Of a stretch of 64,000 bases of DNA, positions 33,699 through 42,479 are shown piece by piece (the stretch's first letter is position 1; every line of letters starts with the position of its first letter). The translations under genes were made by a program, and so were the position numbers. The notes below the pieces were generated by a model that worked only from the letters and a program-made list of their open reading frames with translations, had not been told where the DNA came from and searched no databases. The stretch is from Parcubacteria group bacterium GW2011_GWE2_39_37 (GTDB taxonomy: Bacteria; Patescibacteriota; Patescibacteriia; Patescibacteriales; GWE2-39-37), in NCBI GenBank assembly GCA_000995135.1, contig LBWY01000010.1, positions 10,382-74,381 on the forward strand. The letters are read 5' to 3'.

Positions 33699-33875
33699 TT
33701 CTATAACGAAATTCATTTTGTCTATGGCAAATAACATTTGCATGATCGGATATGTTGGGCAAAATAACGAAGGAAATAATTATTTGGCACATCATCTAAC
33801 GCTTTATTTTGATCAGAAACTTTTAGGGGAAGAAAAAAGCTCGCAAGAGATTACCAACATGCGAGCAAGCTAAAA

Positions 33876-34121
33876 TCAAATCAACTCGAGAGAACGATTT
33901 AACAGTTCGAATAGATTATTACTAGATGAAACCCCATTCTCTTCAGCAACAAGCAGCATTGTGTTATGAAATTTTCCTCTTGACAGTTCACGTCTTGATA
34001 GTTTTTCAAGGTTTACTCCAAGTTCTGTCATGAAATTTCGAAAATTTTCAGGACTCGGAAAAAGTGTCAAAAAATTTCCGACATCAGTCCCCGTTAAACA
34101 ATATGCGCCGTTAGCCTTCAT
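33876..34121 (-). CDS. hypothetical 81-aa protein
   Basis: ORF with a weak AAAGGA SD. Lies inside the relA-associated accessory segment. Confidence 0.35.
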   Translation of the reverse strand: MKANGAYCLTGTDVGNFLTLFPSPENFRNFMTELGVNLEKLSRRELSRGKFHNTMLLVAEENGVSSSNNLFELLNRSLELI

Positions 34122-34300
34122 CTGAGGATCCTTTCTGGCTCATCCGAACCAAATTATTTTAATTCAAAGTACTAGATTTTTTATTATACATTAAGTTGAT
34201 AAAATATCAAATCCTAACAAAGAAAATTCTAGAAAATGTCTAAAATAAGGGAATATCTTATCTATTGGTGTTTATGAAAGTTGAGTCTAAAAAAGTATTC

Positions 34301-34360
34301 AAAAAATCACGCTTTGAAATGATCAAAAGATATATCCCTGTAATTAAGAAGTAGAAAGTT
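34301..34360 (+). repeat. relA 3'-end direct repeat, copy 3
   Basis: aaaaaatcacgctttgaaatgatcaaaagatatatccctgtaattaagaagtagaaag. Still reads ..SRFEMIKRYIPVIKK-stop, against RelA ..SRFEQIRRYIPGIKK-stop. Confidence 0.75.
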
Positions 34361-34375
34361 AAAAGATGGGTTAAA

Positions 34376-34409
34376 AAAATAAAAACAGCTCAAGCATGAG
34401 CTGTTTTTA
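34376..34409 (-). terminator. bidirectional terminator downstream of yqeY
   Basis: ACAGCTCA-agca-TGAGCTGT with flanking A and T runs. Confidence 0.65.
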
Positions 34410-34443
34410 TAAAACTTTTAACTTTATAACCTTAACTTTTAAC

Positions 34444-34896
34444 TTATTTCACCAGCACCTTCTTCACCATCTCCCCTACTCTTTTACCATCCGCCTTACC
34501 TTTGAGCTCTGCCATGGCTAGGCCCATCAATTTACCAAAATCCAGCCCTTCATTGGCTGAAACAATCTGCCTGATCGCCTGCTCCAGTTCTTCATCACTC
34601 AACTGTTGCGGTAGATAGGTTTGTAGAATAGCACTTTCCTCGTTTTCTTTTTTTGCCAAATCTTCCCGGTTACCGGCGATATATGTGGTCGCGGCATCCT
34701 GTCTTTTTTTTACTTCACTAGCGATGATTTCCATCACCTGCTCATCGGTGAAGATAACCTCTTCCGATGACCGAAGAGAAATCATCTTGTTTTTAATCGT
34801 GCTGTTCAACATCCTTAAAACAGACAATTTCATTTCATTCTTATCTCTCATCGCCTGCTTCAAGTCTTCATTGATTTTTTGTTCTAGATTTGACAT
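34444..34896 (-). CDS. yqeY: GatB/YqeY domain protein
   Basis: INEDLKQAMRDKNEMKLSVLRML...LPQQLSDEELE pattern. Confidence 0.85.
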   Translation of the reverse strand: MSNLEQKINEDLKQAMRDKNEMKLSVLRMLNSTIKNKMISLRSSEEVIFTDEQVMEIIASEVKKRQDAATTYIAGNREDLAKKENEESAILQTYLPQQLSDEELEQAIRQIVSANEGLDFGKLMGLAMAELKGKADGKRVGEMVKKVLVK

Positions 34897-34927
34897 GTGG
34901 TTGCTTTAGGTAATTTAAACTTGATTC

Positions 34928-34975
34928 ATTCCAGGCACTTAGAGCCTGCAGCTGCAGGCTCTAAGTGCCTGGAAT
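34928..34975. repeat. perfect 48-bp GC-rich palindrome
   Basis: ATTCCAGGCACTTAGAGCCTGCAG|CTGCAGGCTCTAAGTGCCTGGAAT. Single copy in the window. Confidence 0.9.
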
Positions 34976-35002
34976 TATGTGGCTAAATGGTAATTAACAA
35001 AA

Positions 35003-35031
35003 TTAACGGCAACTTATGAAGTTGCCGTTAA
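35003..35031 (-). terminator. terminator downstream of rpsU
   Basis: TTAACGGCAACTT-atg-AAGTTGCCGTTAA with a short U-tract. Confidence 0.6.
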
Positions 35032-35037
35032 TCTTAT

Positions 35038-35301
35038 TTACCAACGCTTTCTTGGTTCGTCTTTAAGTTTGCCGATTTTTCTAAGATATTCATTCTTAAG
35101 CTTATAATCTCGAGAAATCAAAGCGCTTTTCTTTTGTAGGTTTCTGCTTTTTGTCGGTTCAGTATGCTGAACTTTTCGCGCCCTGAACAGGTTGCCGCTT
35201 TGTTGCAGCCTCTTGTTGAAACGTCGTAAGAAACTCTCAAAACTCTCTTCCTTTTTTCGTTTGGATTCTACCACGAATTTTTTTGCTAATGTCAAATGCA
35301 A
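35038..35301 (-). CDS. rpsU: 30S ribosomal protein S21
   Basis: ESFESFLRRFNKRLQQSGNLFRARK..EPTKSR..KK pattern. Non-ATG (TTG) start abutting the hisS stop; the exact start is uncertain. Confidence 0.8.
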   Translation of the reverse strand: MHLTLAKKFVVESKRKKEESFESFLRRFNKRLQQSGNLFRARKVQHTEPTKSRNLQKKSALISRDYKLKNEYLRKIGKLKDEPRKRW

Positions 35302-36666
35302 TTACTTTTTCTCTATATGGTTGTTCAATCTTTTTTCTATCTCGGTTTTAGCCTTATTCAGGTCAACCACTTCTTGGACGCCGGATTCCATATCACGGAT
35401 CAAGATAGTGCCGTCTGACAATTCCTTTTGGCCAAGAATCAAACTGAATTTTACTCCCATCCGGTTAGCTTCCTCCAATTGAATTTTTAAGCTGTCCTTG
35501 GTGAACATTTGTCCAACTTTTATACCTGCTCTGCGTAGCTCTTCAAAAAGGATCATCGATCTTCTTCTTGAAGCTTCACCCAACTGTGCCAAAAAGACAT
35601 CAGCCTCTTCTTCCTTCTTTAGCGGTATATTTTTTTCTTTGATTTTCAAAATCGTTCTTTCAACTCCAATGCCAAAACCACAAGCAGGCGTGGCTCTGCC
35701 TCCCATGTATTCCACCAATTCGTCATAACGGCCACCACCCCCCAAGGAAGTCTGCCTGGATTCGGTACTGCCTTCAACCGGCAAGATTTCAAAAACGGTT
35801 CGATTATAATAATCCAGCCCGCGGACCATGAATGGATTCAAGTTGTAATTAATGCTGGTGTCGTCCAGATATTCCAAAACCTTTACAAAATGTTCACGGC
35901 ACGGCTCGCACAAAGTGTCTACGATCTGCGGAGCTTCTGCGCGCATAGCAACGCATTTATCTTCTTTACAATCAAGCAAGCGTAAAGGATTTTTTAAAAT
36001 TCTTTTCTTACAATCTAAACAAAGTTTTGAGTGTCTGGTCTTGTCTTTATAATACTTGACTAGCTTGTCCAGATAATCCTTGCGACAATCTTTACAACCG
36101 ATGCTATTGATCTGCACCTGCACATCAACTTGCATCTCTCTAAAAAAATTATAAGCGATCAGGATCAATTGAGCATCAGCAACCGGTCCGGCCTCACCAA
36201 ACATTTCCAAATTAAGCTGGTTGAATTGTCTGTAACGACCTGCCTGGGGCTTGTCATGACGGAAAGCAGGACCAAGCCAAAACATTTTTACTGGTTGAGG
36301 CAGATTGAACATTCCATGTTCAATATAGGCGCGGACCAAACCTGGAGTTGCCTCTGGCCTTAGGGCGATCTTCTCTCCGCTTTTATCAACAAAAGAATAC
36401 ATTTCTTTGGTTACGATATCGCTGGTTTTCCCCGATGATCTTTCATACAATTCAAGTTTTTCCAGCACTGGCGTATCAATCCTTTTAAAACCATATGCAT
36501 TTGCCAGATCGGTAGCTTTTTTGGTTACCAAATCCCAGTATCTGTACTCATCAAACAAAACATCTCTTACTCCTCGCAAACGATTGAAGATTTTTATTTT
36601 TTTTGATTTCTTGGTTGTCGCATCATCCTTGGCTGCAACTGGTTTTTTGGTGATTGCTTTTTTCAT
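35302..36666 (-). CDS. hisS: histidine--tRNA ligase
   Basis: Class II motifs: GVRDVL, FRHDKPQAGRYRQF and GGGGRYDEL. Confidence 0.93.
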   Translation of the reverse strand: MKKAITKKPVAAKDDATTKKSKKIKIFNRLRGVRDVLFDEYRYWDLVTKKATDLANAYGFKRIDTPVLEKLELYERSSGKTSDIVTKEMYSFVDKSGEKIALRPEATPGLVRAYIEHGMFNLPQPVKMFWLGPAFRHDKPQAGRYRQFNQLNLEMFGEAGPVADAQLILIAYNFFREMQVDVQVQINSIGCKDCRKDYLDKLVKYYKDKTRHSKLCLDCKKRILKNPLRLLDCKEDKCVAMRAEAPQIVDTLCEPCREHFVKVLEYLDDTSINYNLNPFMVRGLDYYNRTVFEILPVEGSTESRQTSLGGGGRYDELVEYMGGRATPACGFGIGVERTILKIKEKNIPLKKEEEADVFLAQLGEASRRRSMILFEELRRAGIKVGQMFTKDSLKIQLEEANRMGVKFSLILGQKELSDGTILIRDMESGVQEVVDLNKAKTEIEKRLNNHIEKK

Positions 36667-36674
36667 AATAAAAA

Positions 36675-36750
36675 ATTGTCATATTGTCATATTGTTATAT
36701 TGTTATCCTGCATAAGGCTCTGCAATATAACAATTCAACGATACAGCAAT
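36675..36750. repeat. ATTGTTA-word inverted-repeat element, copy 3
   Basis: attgtcatattgtcatattgttatattg ... caatataacaattcaacgatacagcaat. Begins 9 nt upstream of the hisS ATG. Confidence 0.7.
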
Positions 36751-36802
36751 TCAAATATAAATAACTCGAATTAAATTAAACTATGAGATTAATAGGAAAG
36801 TA

Positions 36803-37366
36803 TTAAAGATTGTAAGGCTGATGATCAAAATAGCGGATACGATCAAAAGGCCAGCCGCGCAACATCACCTTGCCGATAAAGAAGCTCTTGTCAACCGGAC
36901 CGAAGCTACGTGAATCCTTGGAAGAATTACGATTGTCACCCAATAGATAGTATTGATTTTCCCCCACGGTAACTATTTCTTCAGACAAGCTGTAAGTTTT
37001 CAAATCTACCGGCAAATATGGCTCTTCCAACAAAATTCCGCCGGGGTTGTCTTTATTAATAATGTAGATATCGCCAGCTCTGAATTGGATTTTTTCTCCA
37101 GGCAAGGCAATCAGTCTTTTGATGAAATATTCTTGAGGATTTCTCGGATAGCGAAAAACTACGATATCCCCTCTCTGTGGCTCATTAAAACGGTAATCTA
37201 TTTCATTAATAATCAGATATTCTTGGTCAAAAAAATTCGGCTCCATGGAAGCGCCTTTTACATAAAAAGGTTGGATTAAAAAATATCTGATCGGAAAAAT
37301 AATCGCTAAAGAAATCACGATAATTTTTACTAGTTCGAATAAAAAACTAAAAAAATTTTTAAACAT
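36803..37366 (-). CDS. lepB: signal peptidase I
   Basis: GASMEPNF (Ser), KRLIALPGE (Lys) and GDNRNSSKDSR boxes. Confidence 0.9.
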   Translation of the reverse strand: MFKNFFSFLFELVKIIVISLAIIFPIRYFLIQPFYVKGASMEPNFFDQEYLIINEIDYRFNEPQRGDIVVFRYPRNPQEYFIKRLIALPGEKIQFRAGDIYIINKDNPGGILLEEPYLPVDLKTYSLSEEIVTVGENQYYLLGDNRNSSKDSRSFGPVDKSFFIGKVMLRGWPFDRIRYFDHQPYNL

Positions 37367-37719
37367 ACCTTTTATATATTAGCTGGATATTTTCCAGAGC
37401 AATAAAATTATAACATTATTAGATTCTAAAATCAAGGGAGTCTTAAACCATTTTTATGCCCTATTACAAACTTACTTCCCCGACTTCATTTAATAATAAT
37501 CTACTTTTGTAATCATTAAGAAGAATTTTAGCAAGCTTTAACCGATAAGAGCCTGAGTTAACGGCCTTGCTAAATAAATTAAATTATATTATAATCAAGC
37601 CATAAATAAGATAAGCGGAAAAATAATAAATTCAAATAGTTTGTTTTTCTGTTGGTCTTATTTTTTTGCCTATTTTAATAATTAAAATAGCCAATTTTAA
37701 GCTAAGAATACAAAATTAC

Positions 37720-39231
37720 ATGAATCAAGAACTAGAAAATCCTTCAAAATCAAGATTTGATGATATTTATACAGAAGGCGAACTTATAAAAGAGGAATTT
37801 GTCAAAAATAAATTTAAGTTTTTTGGCAAATTTTTTGTTTTTGTCGTTATTTTCGCTATAGTTGGCCTAACCTTGTTCTCCGACAAAAATTCAGGCAATG
37901 GTCCGAAAAAAGAAGGATTAAACTGGCTTAGCAACTTTTCTATAGTCGGACAGTTGCGCCAATTGGCTGAAAGTTCCGACAGGAAGCTCAAGGGCGAAGA
38001 ACGAAATAGGATCAATATACTTTTGCTCGGTATCGGTGGCAAGAACCATGACGGCGGTTACCTGACCGACACAATGATGATAGTAAGCATTGAACCGACT
38101 ACCAAGAAAGTAGCTATGGTCTCGATTCCCCGTGACCTGACAGTACCGATCGAAGGCATGGGCTGGCGTAAAATCAACAGTGTCAGCGCTTATGCTGAAA
38201 AAGAAAATCCAGGTAGCGGCGGATTGGCTGCTAGCCAAGCTGTCAGCCAAATTTTTAATCTGCCGATCGATTATTATCTGCGCGTCGATTTTGAAGGTTT
38301 TTCTAAAATTATCGATGAATTAGGCGGCGTAGACATTAATGTTGATAATGTTCTGGATGATTACCGGTATCCGGTTTTGGGATTAGAGGATGATCCAAAT
38401 TACAATGCCCGCTACGAACATTTACATGTCGAGCCTGGTTTGCAACATATGAACGGCAGCCTTGCCCTTAAGTTTGCTCGATCACGACATGGTGTCGGAG
38501 TAGAAGGAAATGATTTCGCCAGAGCAAAACGCCAACAGAAAATAATTGAAGGAGTCAAAGATAAATTATTCTCCATGAATGTGCTATTCAAACCGACTTT
38601 GATTACCAATATTTTGAATACTTATCAAGAACACGTAAGCACTAATCTGCAAATCTGGGAAATGGTAAAACTCTGGAGCTTGGTCAAGGAAACCAAGAAA
38701 GATCAAATCATCAATAAGGTCTTAGATAACAGCCAAAGCGGATTATTGGTCGACAGACGTGGCGAAGACGGTGCCTATATTCTCACCCCACGCAGTGGCG
38801 ACTTTTCCCAGATACAATATTTGATCAGCAGTATTTTTGGCAATGCGCCTTCGGAAATAAAAAAAGAGATTCTGGACGAGAAAGCCACTATTGAATTACG
38901 CAACGGCACTTGGATCAACGGATTGGCCAATAAAATATCGACAGATCTTGAAAGCTATGGTTTCACTATCACTGGCATCGGCAACGCCAGCCAACGAAAT
39001 TTCCAAAAATCAGTGATTTATGATTTGACTAATGGAGCCAAAACTCAATCCTTGGCGTTACTTAAAAGTAAAACCCAGGCAAACATTTCTTTCGGCTTGC
39101 CAGAATGGTTAGCGACAGATTTGGAACTGGAAAAAGCTGAGAATCCGAACAAAAAAAATCCTGATTTCGTCTTGATTCTCGGCCAATCCGCAGACAGCAC
39201 CGGCAGCGGCACTGCAAATAAAACGGAGTAG
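37720..39231 (+). CDS. LytR-CpsA-Psr (LCP) family protein with a C-terminal LytR_C-like domain
   Basis: NILLLGIGG...GYLTDTMMIVSIEP...VSIPRDL and RSRHG..GNDFARAKRQQ. Start taken at MNQELEN. Confidence 0.85.
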   Translation: MNQELENPSKSRFDDIYTEGELIKEEFVKNKFKFFGKFFVFVVIFAIVGLTLFSDKNSGNGPKKEGLNWLSNFSIVGQLRQLAESSDRKLKGEERNRINILLLGIGGKNHDGGYLTDTMMIVSIEPTTKKVAMVSIPRDLTVPIEGMGWRKINSVSAYAEKENPGSGGLAASQAVSQIFNLPIDYYLRVDFEGFSKIIDELGGVDINVDNVLDDYRYPVLGLEDDPNYNARYEHLHVEPGLQHMNGSLALKFARSRHGVGVEGNDFARAKRQQKIIEGVKDKLFSMNVLFKPTLITNILNTYQEHVSTNLQIWEMVKLWSLVKETKKDQIINKVLDNSQSGLLVDRRGEDGAYILTPRSGDFSQIQYLISSIFGNAPSEIKKEILDEKATIELRNGTWINGLANKISTDLESYGFTITGIGNASQRNFQKSVIYDLTNGAKTQSLALLKSKTQANISFGLPEWLATDLELEKAENPNKKNPDFVLILGQSADSTGSGTANKTE

Positions 39232-39245
39232 CTTTAACCACTCCC

Positions 39246-39286
39246 CTGTCATCTCGACGAATCAGCAGATGAGGAGAGATCCCAGC
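39246..39286. repeat. GTCATCTC...GAGATC hairpin repeat (der upstream, forward)
   Basis: ctgtcATCTCgacgaatcagcagatgaggaGAGATcccagc. Confidence 0.7.
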
Positions 39287-39385
39287 AAATTGTAAAAATA
39301 TAAATATAAACAAAACATTATAAAAACCACTGAATAAACATTAAAGAATTTTAATTTATAAATTTAAAGGCTAATCATTACTCTT

Positions 39386-39422
39386 CTCCGAGATCTCTCA
39401 CTCCGTTTCGAGATGACAGAGG
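39386..39422. repeat. GTCATCTC...GAGATC hairpin repeat (der upstream, inverted)
   Basis: ctccgagatctctcactccgtttcgagatgacagagg. Its ATGACAGAGG end supplies the in-frame ATG at 39413. Confidence 0.7.
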
Positions 39423-39439
39423 GAAAAATTATAAAAAAA

Positions 39440-40930
39440 ATGAAAAATAATACAAACAACCTCCCTCTCGTAGTCATCTTCGGCCGCACCAATGTCGGTA
39501 AATCTACCCTGTTCAATTGTTTGATCGAGGAGCATCAGGCTTTGGTTTCCGATATTGAAGGCACTACTCGTGACAGTAATAGCGGTGAAGTCAGCTGGCA
39601 AAAAAAGAGCTTCAAACTCGTAGATACCGGCGGTATTATCGATATCAATCATCTATTAAACCCGGGGACCAAGAGCTCTAAAGTCGATGATATACAATCA
39701 CGAATCGAAGAACAAGCCAACGCTTACCTGCAAAAAGCGGATCTGATTATATTTCTAGTGGACAATAAAGCTGGCTTGTTACCGCAAGACAAACAACTGT
39801 CGTTATTGTTAAAAAAAGTCCTTCCTGATTTGAGCAAGGTTATTCTGGTTGCAAATAAAGTCGATAGTTTTAAGAGAGATAGTCACAAAGCAGCAGATTT
39901 CAATAAACTATCTTTGGGAGAACCTGTAACCGTCTCTGCAGCAACCGGTTCCGGCACCGGCGATCTTTTAGATCTGATCATCAAAAAAATTCCTGAACAA
40001 AAACCAGAAGAACCCCAAGCAGAGGAAAAAGTTGAAAAGGAAATAAAAGTGATTATGATCGGCAAACCGAATGTCGGCAAATCAAGCCTGCTCAATAGCA
40101 TTTTGGGGGAAGAAAGAGTCATTGTCAGCCCGATCGCCCATACTACCCGCGAACCGCAGAATACTTTTTTGACCTACAAAAACAAAACTATCAAACTTAT
40201 TGATACCGCAGGAATCAATCGCAAAGGCCAACAGGCCCAGAAAAAAGAAGATAAGCAGCAATTAGAGCGTTATGGTATAGAGAAGTCTTTAGATACTCTT
40301 CGTGAAGCCGACATCGCTTTATTAGTGATTGACGTCAACGAGGATCTGACTCACCAAGACTCAAAGATAGTTGAAGAAATTGTGGAACGACAAAAAAGCA
40401 TCATCATTATTGCTAACAAATGGGACTTGATTGAAGAAAAAGATACAAAAAAACAAACTAACAAGATTTACGGCGACCTGCCTTTCATCCAATATGCGCC
40501 GATTCTTTTTGTCTCCGCCAAGACCGGCAGCAAGGTTAATAAGGTTCTGGATTTAATTTTAACCATCAGCGAACAGCGTAAGAAAGAAATCTCTGAATCC
40601 ATTCTAAACACCTTCATGATGAAGCTGGTCAAACTGCACAAACCGCCCAAAGGCAAAGGCACCAAGTATCCTCATGTCCATAAATTTGAACAGCTCCATG
40701 TCAATCCCCCGGCTTTCGAGTTGCGTATCGGCGCCAATGAAAATCTGCAAGAATCTTATCTTAATTTTGTCAGTAATAAATTGCGCGAAAAATTCGGTTT
40801 TCTTGGCACCCCTATCAGGATCTGGATCACCAAAAACCGTAAAATACATGGCAAGGCAGAGATGAGCGCGGAAAGCAAGAAAGGCAAAAAACCAGTAAGA
40901 CATGCCAGAAGAATAATTAGATACCATTAG
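39440..40930 (+). CDS. der: ribosome-associated GTPase Der/EngA
   Basis: Two G domains (GRTNVGKSTLFN and GKPNVGKSSLLN) plus a KH-like C-terminus. An alternative in-frame ATG at 39413 lies inside the repeat. Confidence 0.9.
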   Translation: MKNNTNNLPLVVIFGRTNVGKSTLFNCLIEEHQALVSDIEGTTRDSNSGEVSWQKKSFKLVDTGGIIDINHLLNPGTKSSKVDDIQSRIEEQANAYLQKADLIIFLVDNKAGLLPQDKQLSLLLKKVLPDLSKVILVANKVDSFKRDSHKAADFNKLSLGEPVTVSAATGSGTGDLLDLIIKKIPEQKPEEPQAEEKVEKEIKVIMIGKPNVGKSSLLNSILGEERVIVSPIAHTTREPQNTFLTYKNKTIKLIDTAGINRKGQQAQKKEDKQQLERYGIEKSLDTLREADIALLVIDVNEDLTHQDSKIVEEIVERQKSIIIIANKWDLIEEKDTKKQTNKIYGDLPFIQYAPILFVSAKTGSKVNKVLDLILTISEQRKKEISESILNTFMMKLVKLHKPPKGKGTKYPHVHKFEQLHVNPPAFELRIGANENLQESYLNFVSNKLREKFGFLGTPIRIWITKNRKIHGKAEMSAESKKGKKPVRHARRIIRYH

Positions 40931-40949
40931 AAAACAACCTTTCCCAATT

Positions 40950-40990
40950 GTCATCCCGAACGAGTCAACAGACGAGGAGGGATCTCGGTG
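40950..40990. repeat. GTCATCCC...GGGATC hairpin repeat (pth upstream, forward)
   Basis: gtcATCCCgaacgagtcaacagacgaggaGGGATctcggtg. Confidence 0.7.
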
Positions 40991-41066
40991 TGAGGACGAA
41001 ACAGGTGAAACAAAAGAATATAATTTGAATCAATTATATCTTAATTCTAAAAAGTTATTTTTACAT

Positions 41067-41105
41067 CTCTCCGAGATCTCTCACTTTCGTTCGAGATGAC
41101 AGAGG
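41067..41105. repeat. GTCATCTC...GAGATC hairpin repeat (pth upstream, inverted)
   Basis: ctctccgagatctctcactttcgttcgagatgacagagg. Its AGAGGA end lies 7 nt before the pth ATG. Confidence 0.7.
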
Positions 41106-41113
41106 AAAATAAT

Positions 41114-41620
41114 ATGAAAATACTCGTCGGCCTGGGCAACCCCGGGGACAAATACAAATTAACCCGCCACAATATCGGTTTCATGGTTCTTGATGCTTTG
41201 GCAAAAGAACTGAGCCTCGCTTGGCAATTCTGCAAAAAATTTAATGCCGACATCGCAAAAGGTGAAAATTTGATATTGGTGAAGCCGCAGACCTTCATGA
41301 ATATATCAGGCGAAGCCGTAAAAAAAGTTTTAACTTTTTATAAGCTGACGATCAATGACGTTGTCGTTATCCATGATGATCTTGATATTGATTTCGGCAA
41401 ACATAAGCTAGCAATCGATTCTCGTGCCGCCGGCCACAATGGCGTACAATCGGTCATCGATCAGCTCGGCACGCAAAAATTCTCCCGTTATCGTCTAGGC
41501 GTACGGAATGAACAACGCAACCTGATCCCCGCAGAAAAATTCGTCTTAGAAAAATTCAGCAAAAAAGAGATAGATGATTTGCCGAGCTTGATAAAAAAAA
41601 TCATTGAGGAATTAAAATAG
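41114..41620 (+). CDS. pth: peptidyl-tRNA hydrolase
   Basis: MKILVGLGNPG..Y..TRHNIGF and GHNG motifs. Confidence 0.9.
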   Translation: MKILVGLGNPGDKYKLTRHNIGFMVLDALAKELSLAWQFCKKFNADIAKGENLILVKPQTFMNISGEAVKKVLTFYKLTINDVVVIHDDLDIDFGKHKLAIDSRAAGHNGVQSVIDQLGTQKFSRYRLGVRNEQRNLIPAEKFVLEKFSKKEIDDLPSLIKKIIEELK

Positions 41621-41628
41621 ATTTACTC

Positions 41629-41661
41629 AAAAAAACAGACCAGAAATGGTCTGCTTTTTTT
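41629..41661. terminator. bidirectional terminator between pth and the 123-aa gene
   Basis: aaaaaaaCAGACCAgaaaTGGTCTGcttttttt. Confidence 0.75.
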
Positions 41662-41675
41662 ATGATTTTTAAATT

Positions 41676-42047
41676 TTAACTAAACAGAGATTCTAATATT
41701 TTTAGGAATGGCTTTCTTTCTTCTGCAGAAGATAAATCTTTTATATCTTCAAAAATGCTTATTAGTTCGTCCTCGCCATCAAAAGCAGCTTCTACTGCAG
41801 CTGCGTGAAAGGTTGATCCGACTTCGTTTAGAGCATTAGAAATATTCTCTATTTGCTCAGGAATAAGAGCTTTATAAAAGGCGACAGTTTTTTGTCCAAA
41901 CCTTGCCGGATTGCTTATGTCAGGCGAAGCCAGAAATTTACTTAACTCAGCCGATGATGTAATTAATTCTTTTTCATGTCCAGGCAGCACCCCCTTTCCC
42001 TCCCCTCCCTCTATTGGTTCATGTCTATACAATCCTTCTTTATTCAT
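41676..42047 (-). CDS. hypothetical 123-aa protein
   Basis: ORF only. Acidic and helical. No family recognised. Confidence 0.45.
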   Translation of the reverse strand: MNKEGLYRHEPIEGGEGKGVLPGHEKELITSSAELSKFLASPDISNPARFGQKTVAFYKALIPEQIENISNALNEVGSTFHAAAVEAAFDGEDELISIFEDIKDLSSAEERKPFLKILESLFS

Positions 42048-42479
42048 AAAATATTTTAATATTTATAAAATAATTATATCAGATTGCTGTTTGAAAAAAA
42101 AGTATTGATCTCTATATCTAGAAGCCAAGGAATACTCCTTGTTTAAGGTTATGAACAAAAATCAAAGGAGGGAAGATTTTCGCTCTGGCCAGCTCCTAGA
42201 TACAGTTATCAATACTTACTATATTAAACACTTTTATTTTATGTTAATATTACTTTTGTATATTTTGGTCACCGTTGTTGGCGATACCATCTTTTGATTG
42301 CCACCCAATTTGCTACTTGTCAGAGGGGATATTGGATTAATAAATGAACAAGGAGGAAAGCCACTTAATAATCCACACCCTTTAACAAGTAACAAACTGA
42401 ACATCAATCAGATTATTTATATTATCACAAAAGGGTCGATATGTCAATAGCATATCCTTTTGCTTAATTCAGCAAAAAA

